Positions 1 through 14,481 of a stretch of 64,000 bases of DNA are shown piece by piece. The DNA is from Lingula anatina. Lineage: Eukaryota > Animalia > Brachiopoda. The position numbers were made by a program, and so were the translations under genes. Within the stretch, counting starts at the first letter, position 1. Every line of letters begins with the position of its first letter. The stretch lies in assembly GCA_051362555.1 (NCBI GenBank), contig CM120640.1, positions 68,984,788-69,048,787 of the forward strand, in the 5' to 3' direction. The notes beneath the pieces were generated by a model. That model was not told where the DNA came from. It saw only the letters and a program-made list of their open reading frames with translations, and did no database searches.

Positions 1-263
1 CAGATGTTTCAGTAAAACCAATTGTTTGTTATCTATCAAAATGGGTAACCAACAAATCCTACTCATCAGAGCAAATAGACATTTATAGTATGAGAAACAT
101 CATTTGCAGAGTGCATCACTTTACAATTTATAATAGGTTACATCATACTTTTTTCTCTAGTAATTTGTCACAGCCTTTAAATTGGGATACTTGTTAAAAG
201 AGAATTGAAAACAGCAAATTTCCTAGGTTTAATAAATAATTCTAACATATACTTCTGACTCAC

Positions 264-3200
264 ATCACATATTTCCATGGGGTTGCCATCAGGATCATAG
301 GGGTCGCCATACATTTTCCCATTGATAGAACATTTATTAAATGTCATAATGTTCTGGAATAAATGAATGCAAATCAACAGTTCATTCAAGTGCAAGGAAA
401 ACAAAATCAAATAAAACATAATAGGCTGTTTGAAAATCTTAGAAAGCAACACATTTTATTTAAATAGGCTTGGTTTGTCACTTTAAGCCACCCAATCAGG
501 CTTTCACAAAAACTTAAAAACAAAGGTTTCTGAATTTTTCCTCAGCCAATACAAGTTATCTTCAAATATTACGGGACAGGAGGGTGGATGGGTGGGTGGA
601 GGGGGGGGGGGGGGGGGTAAAACCATTTCTACCCCTATTGCTCACAATGGTGGTAAAAAAAAATCAATTACCTGTGTAAGTGTCCCAGTTTTGTCTGAAA
701 AAATATATTCTATCTGGCCTAATTCTTCATTGAGAGTGGTAGTCCTGGCCCTGGCTGGGGTGTCAGACTGGGGGTGGTGCATCTTCCTATCCCAGTTGAT
801 CCACCAACTGTTCACAAAACGTATCACCTCAACACTGGAAGGGAGCAGCAGGCTTTCACATAATGTACAGAGTACAAAACTAAATAATATACTTCCAATA
901 TGAACTCTGGGTGGAACAGTAAATGAATAAATGGGAAAAAATACACCAAAATATCTAAATTCCAGAAGTGTGTGTGACAACGTTCAGGAAGAGGAACATG
1001 ATTATTTCCTTGAGCAGGGATAAGACTGCCATATAATAAAGAGAAAAAATCAGAAAAGATGGCGTGGGGTCCAGGGGAACGCCTAAGCCAATGATATTTT
1101 TGGCTCCAAAAAAGCCAGAAATCTGCCAATAGTCTGAAAAATCTCATACCTGCTTGAGAAAGAAATTGCATAAATGTTATTTGGGATTGTTAATCAGGAA
1201 CAGTTGTGATAACGACTGCTATAACAGTCTTCTAAAAATGATGCATTTAATCAAAGATGTTTTGTGAAATTAATTTCTCTCACCTGACATACAAAGAGAT
1301 TGGCACCACTGTATTCAATATGATGACGTATGAGAAGAAAACCATGAGTGCCAGCACCGTGGCCCCAGCCTCTTTGGTGCCAGACGTGGTCCCCAGGGAC
1401 GTCCCCGGGATATAGTCCTCCCAGGGTAAGTAGAGCTGGAAGTCAAAGCCTGTGGTCGACTCCCAGATACCAAATGCCACCGTGCAAATAAGGCACAAAC
1501 AGCATAAGGCAATCACAATCTGGAAATGCATTTATTCAGAACTTTAGGAAAACATGAGATCTTTTCCCGTGTATTTTATATAAAGTTAAAAGAATTCTTC
1601 AATTCTATTGAAGATACTGAAGTTGTAATTCTTTCTCAATAAAATACCATCAAAATAATCATCATACTGCCTGTCAAATGGATTAGATCAAACAGAGGAA
1701 GTTTGGCTGCCATTCTAAGGTAAATGCTGCTGCCTCATCCCATTTGGACACCTCAGTATTCATTTTGTTTCTGTGCCATAATAACTCACTAAAACTCACC
1801 CTAATAATGAGAACATTCATGAGACGATCAATATTGGTCCTTTTGAACATGCTCTCTCCACAGTTCATCATGAGTTTTGTGTCTTGTCCAGCAAACACCA
1901 CCAACCCATAACACCACATGGTATTTCTTAGTACACAACCACGGAGGAGGATCTTGTCGTTATCCACTGAATACGCCTCCCCCTTCCACTTCAGGGTGCC
2001 CTCGTATTTGTTCAGCCTGTTGTTGGGGGCTTCACAGGTCAGCTCTCCTATTGAAATCATACACAGAATAATGTTAACTAATTAAGGCACACCAAATGAA
2101 CTGACCTCTCATTATTAATCAGTTCCTTCAGTAATTATATAGCTAATTAATCAAGGAGTCATCAATAAATGCAACTGATTATTAGTTAGCCAATTTCTGA
2201 TCTTATAAGTTTAATCAACTCCACCCATTACTTTTTGAGTTAGGCTGTAAACTAACAAACCAACAAAGACATAAAATATGAATACCTAAACGGTGGTTCT
2301 TAAAGCAGACACACAATAATGAACTAAAAGTCAGTGAGATGTCAGTTGATTGTGATTTTGCAACTAATTCACTCCAAACACAATCCAACTGCATTTTCCA
2401 GGTCACTTTCTTTTTAGAATTCAGTTTTCCCAAATAACATTAATATCCACTGATCTTTTTTTTTTTTTTTATAATCATTGAAGCTTAAATATTTATAATC
2501 GAAATCAAGTAATCACCCACTTTTTATCCACAACCCCAATTTGCCTTTAAGCATAACAGGCATACATTGGAAAATGAAATAAACACTACAGTAAATAAAA
2601 AAGTGAACTTAACATTTTGCAAAAATTTTTTTTCTTGTATCCTACTTTTAAATTGCACCAAAAGGCCATTTTTCTACAGGTATTTCCACTGTTTCAACTT
2701 ATTCTGTAATTTTAACCAAATCCATAAAAATTCATATTTTTTCTTTTTTATTTTTTAAATTATTATCAAACAATTCCATGCTGGCCTGATTCTGGACTCT
2801 CTAATTCTGCATGCCATGTCTCACCATCAAATTTACTGAGCTCTCCAATATCATTCCCCATTTCTGCCGTCTCTGGCAGAGCCTGTCTGACCTTCAGGTT
2901 GGTTTCCCTGTAGATAGAACCAATAAGTTAAAATCTACAGAAATCAGGATTAATGTGCTTACAAAGGCATTCCCTTTATGAACTGGAAACTCAAACATCA
3001 TCATCATCAACCAGTGGGAGAATATAGCAAGAGAGCTTGACGTCTGAAGAATCGTTTTGTCTATGAGAAAATCAAGTTTTACATCCTCATATCCTGGGCT
3101 GTATATAATTCTATTACCCCAAATATGATAACATAGAAATAATGGATTTCTGTGGAATCGATTTACAAAACATACCCATCTAGTTCTGCTGTTTCAATAT

Positions 3201-6200
3201 AGCACAGACTGTTTGGTTCACTTGTTGAGAGCAGCAATAAATCGGCCTGAATCAACAAATATGAATAATTAATCATCAATAAAAATCGTCCAATATTAAG
3301 ATAACACTCAGTGAAAAAGGCCAGATCAATTCCCTGACAGTGACAACATCTTGCTTCTGCCAGTGAAATAGAAGGATGGTAAGATTGTGTATATTGGGAA
3401 CTTACCGCTACAAATTGATTATTTTCCATTTTGATGATATCCCCAACCTCCACTTTGTGCCAGCGCTCCTCCACGAGCTGCCCATTACGTAACACAGACG
3501 ACAGCCGGTTGTTGACCCGGTTATCGCTTCTGTGCCTTTGCTGAAATAATCCAACACAAAACGCACATTGACTTAACTGTGGCAATAAAGCTTAAACAAT
3601 CCAATACTTTCTCAGTGAAAAACTTGTTAGTTAATTAATACGCAATATTTACTCATACATGTATGTTTAACGTTAGACACAATTCAATCTAAGGGAAATG
3701 ATTGTAGTACAGTGCACATGGATTATTGACATCTTTGGATCTAGACCATATTGTCTAAATAAAACTGCCTTGCTTGCAACGCAGAAATAAATGATGGTAA
3801 TAATAAGATCAATAAATCATATAAAAATATGTAATGAAGAGTACACAAAGAGCTATGGATCTGCTCCTTAATGTTTAGACATGAAGACTGAATTAGATAC
3901 AACTCCCTCCTTCCCTGGAAGAATTGTGAATAATTTGCTATGAGTAAAAGCAGTAAAGATTTTATACAGCAATTGTTTGGTGCTATTCAAAGTGGGGTAT
4001 TTAATTTGTAGTTTTATAGAAAGTGGAAAGAAGCTAGACCTTGCATTAAGTGTGTTGGAAGTAAATGAAATAAAAATAAAATCCAATTTTTGGGATCTGG
4101 AAGTCTTCATTGGGTTGGTATTGAAATTACAGTGAAGTCTGAACTACCATTCATCACATTAGTGAGCAAGCCAGATTTCCAATTTCTGCAGAAACATCTG
4201 GCATTAATTCACACTGATGCATCTTAGTCCAGAGCATTCTATAATCAATAAAGAAAGATTAAATTCACTGTGGAGAGAAGTAATACAGACACTCAGTCCA
4301 CTTCTATAGATTATCAAGACTGATCTTAACTGGACCCTTGGAATGTTTCACAAAACGCTAATGGTAAATGTTTGCTTCTCATATAAGCATCTGCTTAGGA
4401 CAGCAAGGGACTGACCAAAATCAATAAGATTTTTTATCAGGCTGACCAGCAATTCTTTCCAACGTGATAGAAAAGCTTCCCTAAAACTCATTCCAGCTGA
4501 AGGTAATCTTGTTTTCCTAGATACCCATGTAACCTTCAGCTAAAAAGACTTACAATCAAGCAAAAAACGGATAAGATGGTTTTGATTTTTTAGACAACTG
4601 AAACCCAAGGAAAAGAAGTTTAAATGTGCAAGTCTATTTCAAAGCAGGTGCTGGTGACATGTTAAGTCTAATACAAAATTTACTGACACTTGTTTGGCAA
4701 ATTTGATCATCTGCACCAATACAACTGCACCCCAAATATGTGAATGCTTATATATATCAATGCAGGGGGGATAGAGACCGTCTTCTGGGTCTTCCGGAAG
4801 ACAGTCAGATTTGCAAGTTTACATTGACGAGTATCTATTTTTTTCTGCCAGAAGACAGTCAAAAATGGAGAATGGATCAACAAGGACAATTTGGAAGACC
4901 GTCAGAAAATATCTCTGGATCCCCCCTTGCTGGACCCGCCCCTGCTGGATATGCCTGCTGTGACCATATCAGGACTTTTCTAAATGGACCTGTCTGGCAA
5001 GCATAAAATGGTTTTGAGCCTTAATGATCTGCATGAACTCTGAAACTCTGACTAACCCCAAGGTATTGATAATTTCTACTATTCGTCTGTACCCCAAGTT
5101 TGCAAGTGCTGAAGGTGACTCTCCATTTCATTCTACATCTACCTGCCCAGTTTATTCTCAACTCCCTCACCTGCCCATAAACAGCCTGGTTATATATAAA
5201 TCTAATGATTCCCTGGTGACATGATGTTACCTCACCATGCTACAAAAGCCTGAATAAACAATTGCATCCAGACAGCATCAAGGTCTGCTGTAATTTATAA
5301 TTAACCACAAAGTCTCGTTATCATTTACGTAATATTCATTTGATGCTAAGTTTATATCCGACATGATATATGATGCTGCTGGTAACACTGTATGGAAGGT
5401 CCAAAATGATTTTGAGCAAATTATCTGTGTGAACTTTTGACCTCAGAGTAACCCCAATGTATTTCTAAATAACATCACTGAAGTGCAATAAATATCTTGA
5501 GTTTGTTTTCACAATATAAGTAGAAAAGCATGTAATGTCAATGGAGAGGAAACCTACATATGAAACACATGAAGATCCATAGCTTTCTGCTACATTATAT
5601 GTTAACATGCAATAAATGGATTTCCCACAATTGATTAAACTTAATGGGACTACAGGGTCATTTTTGCAAGCAAATGTCCAAGAAAATTAGAAGAAAACTA
5701 AACATGATTAATATCTTGGGAAACAAAACAGAAGGCAATATACAAGTATGACAAACTGAAATAATGCTGAGATGTTATTCAATATTTTTTCATCTTTTCT
5801 TTTGGACATTCAGAATTGCAATCATGAGATGCATAAGAATACTAGTTCAGTTAACACAAAACATTTAAGTCAAACATTTAACATAACAGACAACAGGCAA
5901 ACAGAAGCTTGGCGAAATGGACCCAAAGTATACAACAACATTCTCTAGTCCACTCACTAAGTCTTCCAACATTTCCTTGACAGCAGAAACAGCGAGTACA
6001 GTAGCAAGAGGAACCAGTGTGGTTAGTGGGGAGAGTGAGGAGACCCAGGGAAGCAGCTAGTAATGGGAAAGAATATGTAGGTGTATCAGTTAGTGCTGTA
6101 AGGTTCTATGGCAAGTAGTCAAGCGGCCATTATCTGGAATGGCAAGTTTTGAGGAGCTGGTCGGTTTTGACACCAATTCGGGAAGAACAGTTCGGAAACC

Positions 6201-7893
6201 ACCATCACACCCAAAACTGGAGGGAAACTTTGCCTGATGTCCGTGCCAGAATACTGTGTATAGAGCCAACAGAGGAACTGCTCGAAAGCACAAAACAGAT
6301 TTGCTGTAACACAAAGCTGATACATACAAATCTCTTTTAATGATTTTTTTATTCCCCTACACAGTCAATAATCTGAAACAGACTCAATCAAAGTAGGTAA
6401 AATCAAAAGCCAAAACCACAAGAGTCTTTTTCAGAAAGTTATGTCTAAATTGGCAATCTTTTTTTCTTTCAAAAACCCAGATTCATAAAAATGGATTTAT
6501 GAGTATAACTGTAATTAGTTGGAATGACATGTATTCCCAACAAACACCCTTTTTCACATAAAATATCCATTTTTATAAGCTGTTGGTTTTGACTTCAGAC
6601 TAACTCTAGTAGTACGCAGTTCTCCCGGCAAGCAGGCCTCCCTATGCCGAGGTGAATCACACGGTGAGCAGCACCAGTATACGTAACAACTTACTATGTC
6701 ATCAATAGCATCTTTGAGAGCAGTGATTGTAAGTACAACTGCCAGCGGCACAATGGTCGTGACTGGAGTCAAGGACGAGATCGGTGGAATGAGCTATAAA
6801 ACAGGAAACAAAATATCCATGCAAAACTTAGTAAACAAAATACTGAAACCATTAATTAAAGTATTCACCATAAAATAAAATTAAATACAACACTGAAGAT
6901 GTTAAACTGGAAGATAATGAAACTCTTCTGTCATTATGATGTAATTATAAATAATTAACTAAAGAATATTAAACAAATATGTAATATAGTTTTCATGCTC
7001 TTTATTTATATTTCAAGTAAACATAATGAACCTCCCAAGTATGTTTTTTATAAATTATTTCATGACAAAGTACTATACATGCTACAAAAATAGTAAGCAC
7101 ATCTCAAAATTAATATAATTGCTCAAATCAAACAATAAATCTTTTGTGTCTCTTTAATTCTTTTATCATTCTTTTAAAAATAAATAATCCCGAAAAAATA
7201 TAAACAGAAACATGCATCTCCTCACTGGCAAGTAAAAACAGGCCATGTTATTTCTAAACCAAGGTCTTTTAAAAGAGGATTTAAAACCCCTAAAAATGTA
7301 AATACCAGTACAATGTTAGTTAATCTGTTTTCATCAGCATATTTTTAGTAAATCAATGTTATGCCGCAATGAATAATTCAGCGGTGAGGTGTCACACATA
7401 GATACCTGAAACACAATCAATAAGAGTCTGTGTCCTGAAATAGCTGTGCTGAGCAGACCAGAAAATTATAATCTGCTGGAAAATTGGCTCTGTTACTCTA
7501 TTATTTTCAACACAAGTACTGTGCTCTAAATCCTAATTTTAAATTATATTAAATCACTGGAGTCAGAACAGACACCATCAGCAATGATGGTTCCAGTCTT
7601 CAACTTATTTCTATCATTAAGTTTATCAGGTTTTACACGATCAAAAATGTAATGAGATAATAATGTGTTTTATCTATAAAATGTTAACCTCTGTGACAAT
7701 GTAAAATTCAACTCATAAGTTGTCCTAAAACATTCACTGGTGACACAGTAGTAACAAATAGCTTACCTGAAGGATGAGTAAGCCAAGGAAATAAGAATTG
7801 GCTATCCTCTGAAACTGTTCAAACAGGTTCTTTGGCAGGAATGTGTACCAGGTATACTTGGAGGTACAGATGTAGTTGTTCTGGAAAATTGAA

Positions 7894-7933
<40 letters not shown>

Positions 7934-8082
7934 TCACATGCTTTACTGGAGATAACTGATTTACAAATGACACAACAAACGGTATCTGGTGCATTTTCTT
8001 CAAAGTACAGAAAGGATACTCACTGCATAATTAAAGCTTTCATTGTATGCCGAATCGTTGGACTTGATTTTTCTTTCTAATT
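264..8082 (-). CDS. ATP8B: P4-type ATPase phospholipid flippase, ATP8B-like (5' part; gene continues beyond the left edge of the window)
   Basis: Phase-consistent GT-AG exons on the minus strand: 8082-8024 ([20 protein letters not shown]), 7880-7767 ([28 protein letters not shown]), 6793-6695 or 6056-5958 (TM2), 3540-3406, 3246-3176 (..ETAELDG), 2907-2825 (ETNLK), 2047-1800 ([14 protein letters not shown]), 1519-1284 (PISLYV), 834-672 ([19 protein letters not shown]), 353-264. DGET, PISL and DKTGT are P4-ATPase hallmarks, and the QLIP..KDAIDD segment is ATP8B-type. Confidence 0.95.
4763..4944. mobile_element. Short MITE (CAGGGG..CCCCTG termini, hAT-like) in an ATP8B intron
   Basis: Termini caggggggatag..ctggacccgcccctg. 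The internal sequence matches the copies at 44016-44183 and 44759-44926. Confidence 0.7.
5958..6056 (-). CDS. ATP8B: ATP8B alternative TM2 exon B (99 nt, [33 protein letters not shown])
   Basis: ttactag acceptor, gtgagt donor, phase 0-0, same length as exon A and aligns to it without gaps. Confidence 0.85.
6695..6793 (-). CDS. ATP8B: ATP8B alternative TM2 exon A (99 nt, [33 protein letters not shown])
   Basis: ttttatag acceptor, gtaagt donor, phase 0-0, 33 codons. Confidence 0.9.
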
Positions 8083-8523
8083 CTGAAAATATATAAAAAA
8101 AATTTATATACAGTAATATTTCTGTTTGGTCCATAAGAATCTGCTTCAAATATGAAAGTTACACATTTAAAAACACAAGCTTAACACACAGAAATCCCTA
8201 AGATCATTGGAGGACAACAACTATTTTTTTCCCAAAGGGAGATTCATAATCATCAACTTCAATATGATAAATTCACAACCTGAGAAATTTTTTTTTTCAA
8301 AACATACCCCATCAGTACACAATCTAAAACAAAGCATGACATCATACAAGATAAGAAAGTGTCTTAAGTATCACTTTCTTCCAAATCCTGCAAAATCTTC
8401 TTTCATATTTACAAAGTAACAAGACTATGGGCTATCTGGGATGAAACCAACTTTCCTTCCACTGGCAGCCAACAAAATTGTTCAGATTGTGTAAAAATAT
8501 GTACATCCTCCCTGCAGTCTCAC

Positions 8524-8575
8524 CTTCAAATGGAACAGGAGCAGCATAGATACGATTTGACCTCCAGCAAGGCAT
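8524..8575 (-). CDS. Candidate alternative first coding exon of ATP8B (MPCWRSNRIYAAPVPFE)
   Basis: ATG-initiated, 17 codons + 1 nt, AAG|gtgaga donor in phase 1. Confidence 0.4.
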
Positions 8576-9247
8576 TGTCAATCACTGCCTTTATTTTCAA
8601 CTTGGTACTTGAACATACACTACACAAAGTAGATGCTGGGTTTTGGTAGAGAAAAATATCATCACTTCAGTGACTTTCCTTCCAGAATATGAAATCAATG
8701 CTGGCAGCAACAGATGTCATGGATCAGTAAATCTCAAGGGTTGTTAATTATTTACTTTTTTATCACTTTTTCTTTTTGTTTTAACTGTCCTTGAAACAAT
8801 TCAGAAAGTAAAGCTGCAACTGCTTCCAATCTGTTTACGGAATTCCTTTGATTATCCTACATGTATAAATAGCAAATACATGTAGCAGCTCATGAACATT
8901 AGTTAGAATTTAACTGCATGATCTTTCCACATCAGTTTCTTCCATAAGACTGTATATCAGAATATTTTCATGTCAAGATCCTAAGAAATTACAGCCATAC
9001 ACCTCTCCCAATGTGTGAAACTCAGTCAGTTCCAAAAAACATGAAAACTGACCACAGCCTCTGCAACCAAACTAAGGTAATTATCCAAACTGAATACATA
9101 TCAATGCAACCAGCCAACTTGGCAGCCAAATAATGAAGAACTTTGAGGGCACATCCATTTTCCCCAGAAACTTATCCTTGAAAGTATACCTTCCACTGTA
9201 TATATATACCACTACAGATGGGTCTGCCCACAGTATTGCATGCTTAC

Positions 9248-9320
9248 CTTGCCAACACCTAAATCTAATTACAAATTCAATAGATTTATGAATTCTTCTG
9301 GGAGTTGGATAGGTAGTCAT
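9248..9320 (-). CDS. Candidate alternative first coding exon of ATP8B (MTTYPTPRRIHKSIEFVIRFRCWQ)
   Basis: ATG-initiated, 24 codons + 1 nt, AAG|gtaagc donor in phase 1. Confidence 0.35.
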
Positions 9321-12125
9321 AAAGTTGGGGTAATGGCACAATATTTGATTAAATGTTAAAGAAAGTAAAAGTAATTAGACTGATGGAAGGAACAGACAAA
9401 GGTAAGAAATACTTTCTTTTTCCCTTCCTGTTTTAGATTACAGAAAAAAGGGAACTTTGAAGCAAATTAATGGCATGAACATACCTATATATTTTCTTCA
9501 ATAGTAGTTTAACATGAAGTAGAAGAGAGCAGTTCAAGATTAATACGTGTCAGTAGAAAATTCTGCATCACAATTAAGTGCTTAATTTGGGAAATTGAAA
9601 TGGCAGCGAATATATTTTCTAACAATTAAGACATAATTAAATATAATAACCTGGGGAGAACACTGCAATGCCATTCCTTAAACTGAACATTGCATGACTT
9701 AATAATTATTATACCATACATAGTCAGGAGATGCACTAGCTTACATAACACTGGCCTTTTTTTATTTAAGTTAAGCAATGAAAAATATCTACTGGTAATA
9801 TTTCTGAACAGAATTATGTTACTGAAGTCTGTAATTTTTAGATTTGAGAACATTTCTCCAAAGCTGGCTCCCGAGACAAGCAGACTAAACTGCATATTCA
9901 AAAACAGTTATTGTAGGAAACATTTGACAGTAAAGCTCTTCTAGGCTTCCTTTCAATTTCTACCCTGGCCTACCATAAAAACATTTGACCATCCATAAAT
10001 ATCTACGAATATGAAGTGGACTTTACAGATATCTTAATTTTTATCAATCCTCAGAGGGCATCCTATATGGGCTTTTGGCATGATGAAAAAAACCACAATT
10101 AACATACTTTCTTGGCTTTCTGTACTACTTCCAGAACTTATTACCTATTTCTATCAGTATGCACATTCAAAACAACCTATAGTATGTTTTCTCATTAAGA
10201 TTTAGTATTCTTCTTTTTTTTCACCTAAACTTCACAATGAAGATCAGATTCTTTTTTAAATATTGGACATCAGTTATGACACAAATAAAAGCACTTCAAT
10301 TGTGTGCGTGGGGGGGGGGGGGGGGGGTATAAAAAAAAGATTATCCAGCTTTTCTTTAAAAAAAATCAAATTTGACCATTATTTAAAAAAAAAAATTCTT
10401 AACTGAAAGTAGAGTAGTGTTGCATACCATCCAGTAACATGAGGTGATCTATTAGACAGCTGGGCCTAATTCCATATAGCTCTAACAGCCGGGTAAATAA
10501 CAGCGTGTCCATCAGCCTTGGAAAAAGGTAACTGGGGATCTGAGAGGATTCCAGGAAATAGTCATGACCAGATATTTATAGTGTTCAGACATGATCTTGG
10601 ACTGTAAGGAAAATAGTAAAAAGAAATGGCGCCTGGGGCTGCTTGAAGTGGGATTTCCAATTTAAATCAAAGAAATATACATGTGTGGATGTCTGGATAT
10701 TACACTGCTGATTTCCGCACATCTAGAAAATATTCACTGGCTTGAGAACTTGATCAAATACATGTACATTTTTTTAAATTTGTTTTCTGAATTCTAAGGT
10801 GGCCTATTTGGAGATTTGACAAAATCTCAAAAATGTCAGCTTTCACTTATCAGAGTTGTAATGGGATCTAAATGACAAAATATCCAATTCTTAGGAAGGT
10901 CTAACACCTCACAGCATTCCACACTGGGGCAGATCCAACCATCTGATCTATTTATTTGTAACACACCCATGTATGTAGAACCTATTACATATATGCCCAA
11001 ACAGTTTATCTGTGAGCTATGCAGGGTTGCCAAGGTAACAGTATTCACAATGTCTGGATCCATATATTGTTTAACACGCCATCAATAAGAAAATAGCACC
11101 TGAAAACAAAGGGAGCTTGTAAAGAAAAGACAGAGTGTGCTCAATATGAATATATATACAAAGAGTTGGAAATTTCGAAGATTAATTATGACATTAAGTT
11201 TTCTTGGGCATGGTGATGAATGTCTGGGTTCATGTGGATTTAAACCTTCTTTGTTTGTCTGGGCTTTAGTATTATTTGGATTATCTGTGTGGTATTTAAC
11301 ATTTCTGGTTGTCTGGTATGTCTGAACCCTATGGCCATTATTTGTGATATATGCTATAGTAGTGTCTAACAGATAAGGCTGAGGATCAACCCTTTGTGTT
11401 CCCATTATATTACACCACCCACTGTTATGAGTAGACCAATGTGAATGCTGTATAAATGGGTTATCAGCATTATAATATCTAGTCTGTGAGGCAGGCTTTT
11501 ACAATACACCTGACACAAAAGTGACCTACTTAGGTGAAGTAAGGTATGATACTCACATATGCATTATACAGATGCACATGACTTTTGTTTTATCACACCC
11601 AAGCTTAGGATGTAAATAAAGACACACCTAAATGACAGTGAAGGAAATAAATCTGTAAATTCTCTCAAGAATCTGGCAATCAACGATCCATTAACCACTC
11701 AGCATAAGTGATCTTTATGGGTTTTATGACAGAGGAGACTAATTGGTGACTGGTGAATTATTAATGGATAATTTTGCAGAAAGCATGTGTGATATAACTG
11801 TTAAATTTGGGGCAGATCCTTAATACGGCTTATCTATGAAATAACCACCCTACATATATACTCCTACCTGAAGTCACATGCAGCCTGTGTAGTACTCATA
11901 CACATACCAGCTAGTATATATACATGTATATATATAATAGAAGATATACTGTTGTACTGAATATGATCAATACATATGTGTCAGCCAGATATGTGAGAGC
12001 AATGATTCATCACACATTATGTATGTTTATTACAAAATACCACACTTCACATTTTCCTAGATGTATGAGCAGACAGGTATGTTTAACCACTGTAAAATGA
12101 TCTCCCCCTTGGATAGCCAACTCAC

Positions 12126-12168
12126 GTTTTTCTTCAAGTGTGACCGCAACCCGTTTGTATAGCTTCAT
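12126..12168 (-). CDS. Candidate alternative first coding exon of ATP8B (MKLYKRVAVTLEEK)
   Basis: ATG-initiated, 14 codons + 1 nt, consensus gtgagt donor in phase 1. Confidence 0.4.
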
Positions 12169-14255
12169 TGTACCTCAAGTACAGCCAGGACAGCGCTAAA
12201 TCACATCTAGCAGGATGTCACTCCCCTCACCACATACGACAGACTGTTCACCTGTCCCACACCTTGAACTGAGATAATTACTGACACTGTGTGTATGTGT
12301 GAGAGAGAGGAGAGGTTAAATGGCAAGGTTAACTGGTCTAGCAATTTATATGGAGGATATTATGCTAAATACATCCTGGCTAATAAATAAAATCTTGTCA
12401 TTAGTGGATCTCCTAGGACTGAGAGTTGAGCTACAGTCATATATATCTCACTAAGATGTGAAGATCTTGATGAAAGGTTACTCCTGTTACTGCTTGAAGG
12501 ATTCAGAAATAAAAGAATTAAAGTCAAAAGAGAAACACCCAGGATGCAAAACAACATAATGGTATGACTGAGTGGCAAATGGAGCGGATCGAGCAACTCC
12601 CTTTGGCTTATCCTGGTCAAGAATGAAGTTGAAACAGAAATTGGGTTACATGTGCATGTGTGTGTGTACATGTGTGTGTACATGTGTGTGTCTGTGTGCA
12701 CGTGTGTATGAGATTTGGTGGGTGTGTGGGTGGGAAGTGGGTGGACTATGAGGTTGGGAGATAGAATTAGTGCATGATAATAGAATAATACATTTAAACA
12801 GGATGTGGCATATTCATGATGAAGAGACAAACAGATAAATCAGTAGTAATAGGGCTATGCAAATAATACCATGCAAATTAAAGAACCACCTAACTGGGGC
12901 CCATTCTCTGATGAGTCACGTTTTCCAAGAATTTGTTGTAGCATCAGTGTAGCTAAACCACGCTAGAATATTAACAAACAAACAGAATAATGAAGAAAGA
13001 ATTACTTTCTACTGAGAAATATATTAAATTCAATAGTATTGAAAAATATGATCCAAACAAACATGTTGATAATTTGCATAATAATTATATTTTATAACAA
13101 TGTAATAAACAATATGGAATCCTGCAAAACAGTCCATTTTTGAGCAATGCTAAGTAACCACAGGCAAATATAATTAAAAGTTAATGCAATCAAAACCACA
13201 ATGCCAAGTTAGCTAGGTAAAATGCCAAAATCAAACAAAATTACTTTTTTTCTGTCTTGAAAGTAATCTGATCCTAGCTCTGTTATCTATTATTTTCTGC
13301 TGGCTCCCCACATTACTGCATCAAGAACATTACGACTCCAGTATAGTATACGGAGATCTATTTGAAAAGATGCCATATTGCTCTACACAAATTTATCAGG
13401 GTTGGCTTCATTATGCATATAAATAATTAAATCTGTAAGATACCTTATATACTGGTTTTCAACTTTTACACAAGAATCATGGTGCATGTATTTTTTGACA
13501 TAAAGCAGCTTGAATGGATGATTTTGAACTCTTATCTCAGGTACAATGGTAGCAGGTGCTTGCTAGGTGCCAGACAATAACTGAATTGTTTAATCTATAA
13601 GACACCCACAGCCAGGTACTAGTAGGGCACCTGACTTCACTCACTTAGGACACAGCAAGTTCAAAGATATCTCAGAGTCCCAATATTATATATCACTATC
13701 TCAAACAAAAAAAAGTCATATGAGAAGAAATAGTGAATTTTAAAATACCTATTTATAAGTTTTTTTTATGTTGAAACTCTGTACAGTGGTGACCTAAAGT
13801 TAATATAATATTGTAACAGATATCAGGAAAATTTGGTAATTCAAATTGTTCATGCAAAAATCACATTAACTGTCCTTTAAAGCTGAAACAACTATATATA
13901 TATATATATACATACTGTAAGGAAATTTTCACATGAGGTCATATAGGACATATGTCCTGGATAGAAATCCTATAGGATGTCTGATTAAAAATCCTAGAGT
14001 CCCATAGGACATACTATAGGAAGTTTTTTAAAGGGTATGCATGGGTCTTATCTATCATTAACACAACCAGATAGCTAGCTTAAATTAAATAAAGATACTA
14101 AAGCTTGATGGAAACCCACTCACCCAATATAAATTTGTCACCTGATGATGACAATACATCCACCCTCCAGATAATAATATATATATATACTTTATGTATC
14201 ATGTTATTAATAAGGCTCATAGATAGCCGGGACCTGAAATTGGTCTAAACTTTTA

Positions 14256-14481
14256 GGGTGTATTTCCAGAGATTTAGATCGATCCAGGGATTAAAATTTA
14301 GATCGACCTAACTCCCTGGGGGTTCACGCTAAATTGCAGTCAAACGAGCGCGCACTATAGTTAATTACCCCCTTACAGCTTCTGGTAGGCGGGACAGACG
14401 CTTAAGCCGGCCAAGCTGACAGTAATCTAGTGAGACTCCCCACAGGGATAGATCGATCTAAAAATCTATGGAAATGGGGTG
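14256..14481. mobile_element. ~225-bp MITE, PIF/Harbinger-like
   Basis: Imperfect TIRs (..atttccagagatttagatcgatc / gatcgatctaaaaatctatggaaat..) flanked by TTA on both sides. An inverted homologous copy lies at 29936-30150. Confidence 0.7.

Noticed and set aside
592-903. Plus-strand Gly-rich ORF, and the other short ORFs antisense to exons or LINE ORFs
   Set aside because: A poly-G run and shadow frames of real coding sequence on the opposite strand.
6090-6329. ORFs between the two TM2 exons as a possible third alternative exon
   Set aside because: No frame resembles the P..S.L.P.TT.VPL..K...D pattern, and there is no 99-nt AG/GT-bounded unit.
10145-10166. Tiny ATG-donor segment MCILIEI in phase 1
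   Set aside because: Too short, with a weaker donor; expected by chance.
12360-12830. 156-aa minus-strand ORF
   Set aside because: Driven by a TG/CA-rich low-complexity tract; no recognisable motifs.
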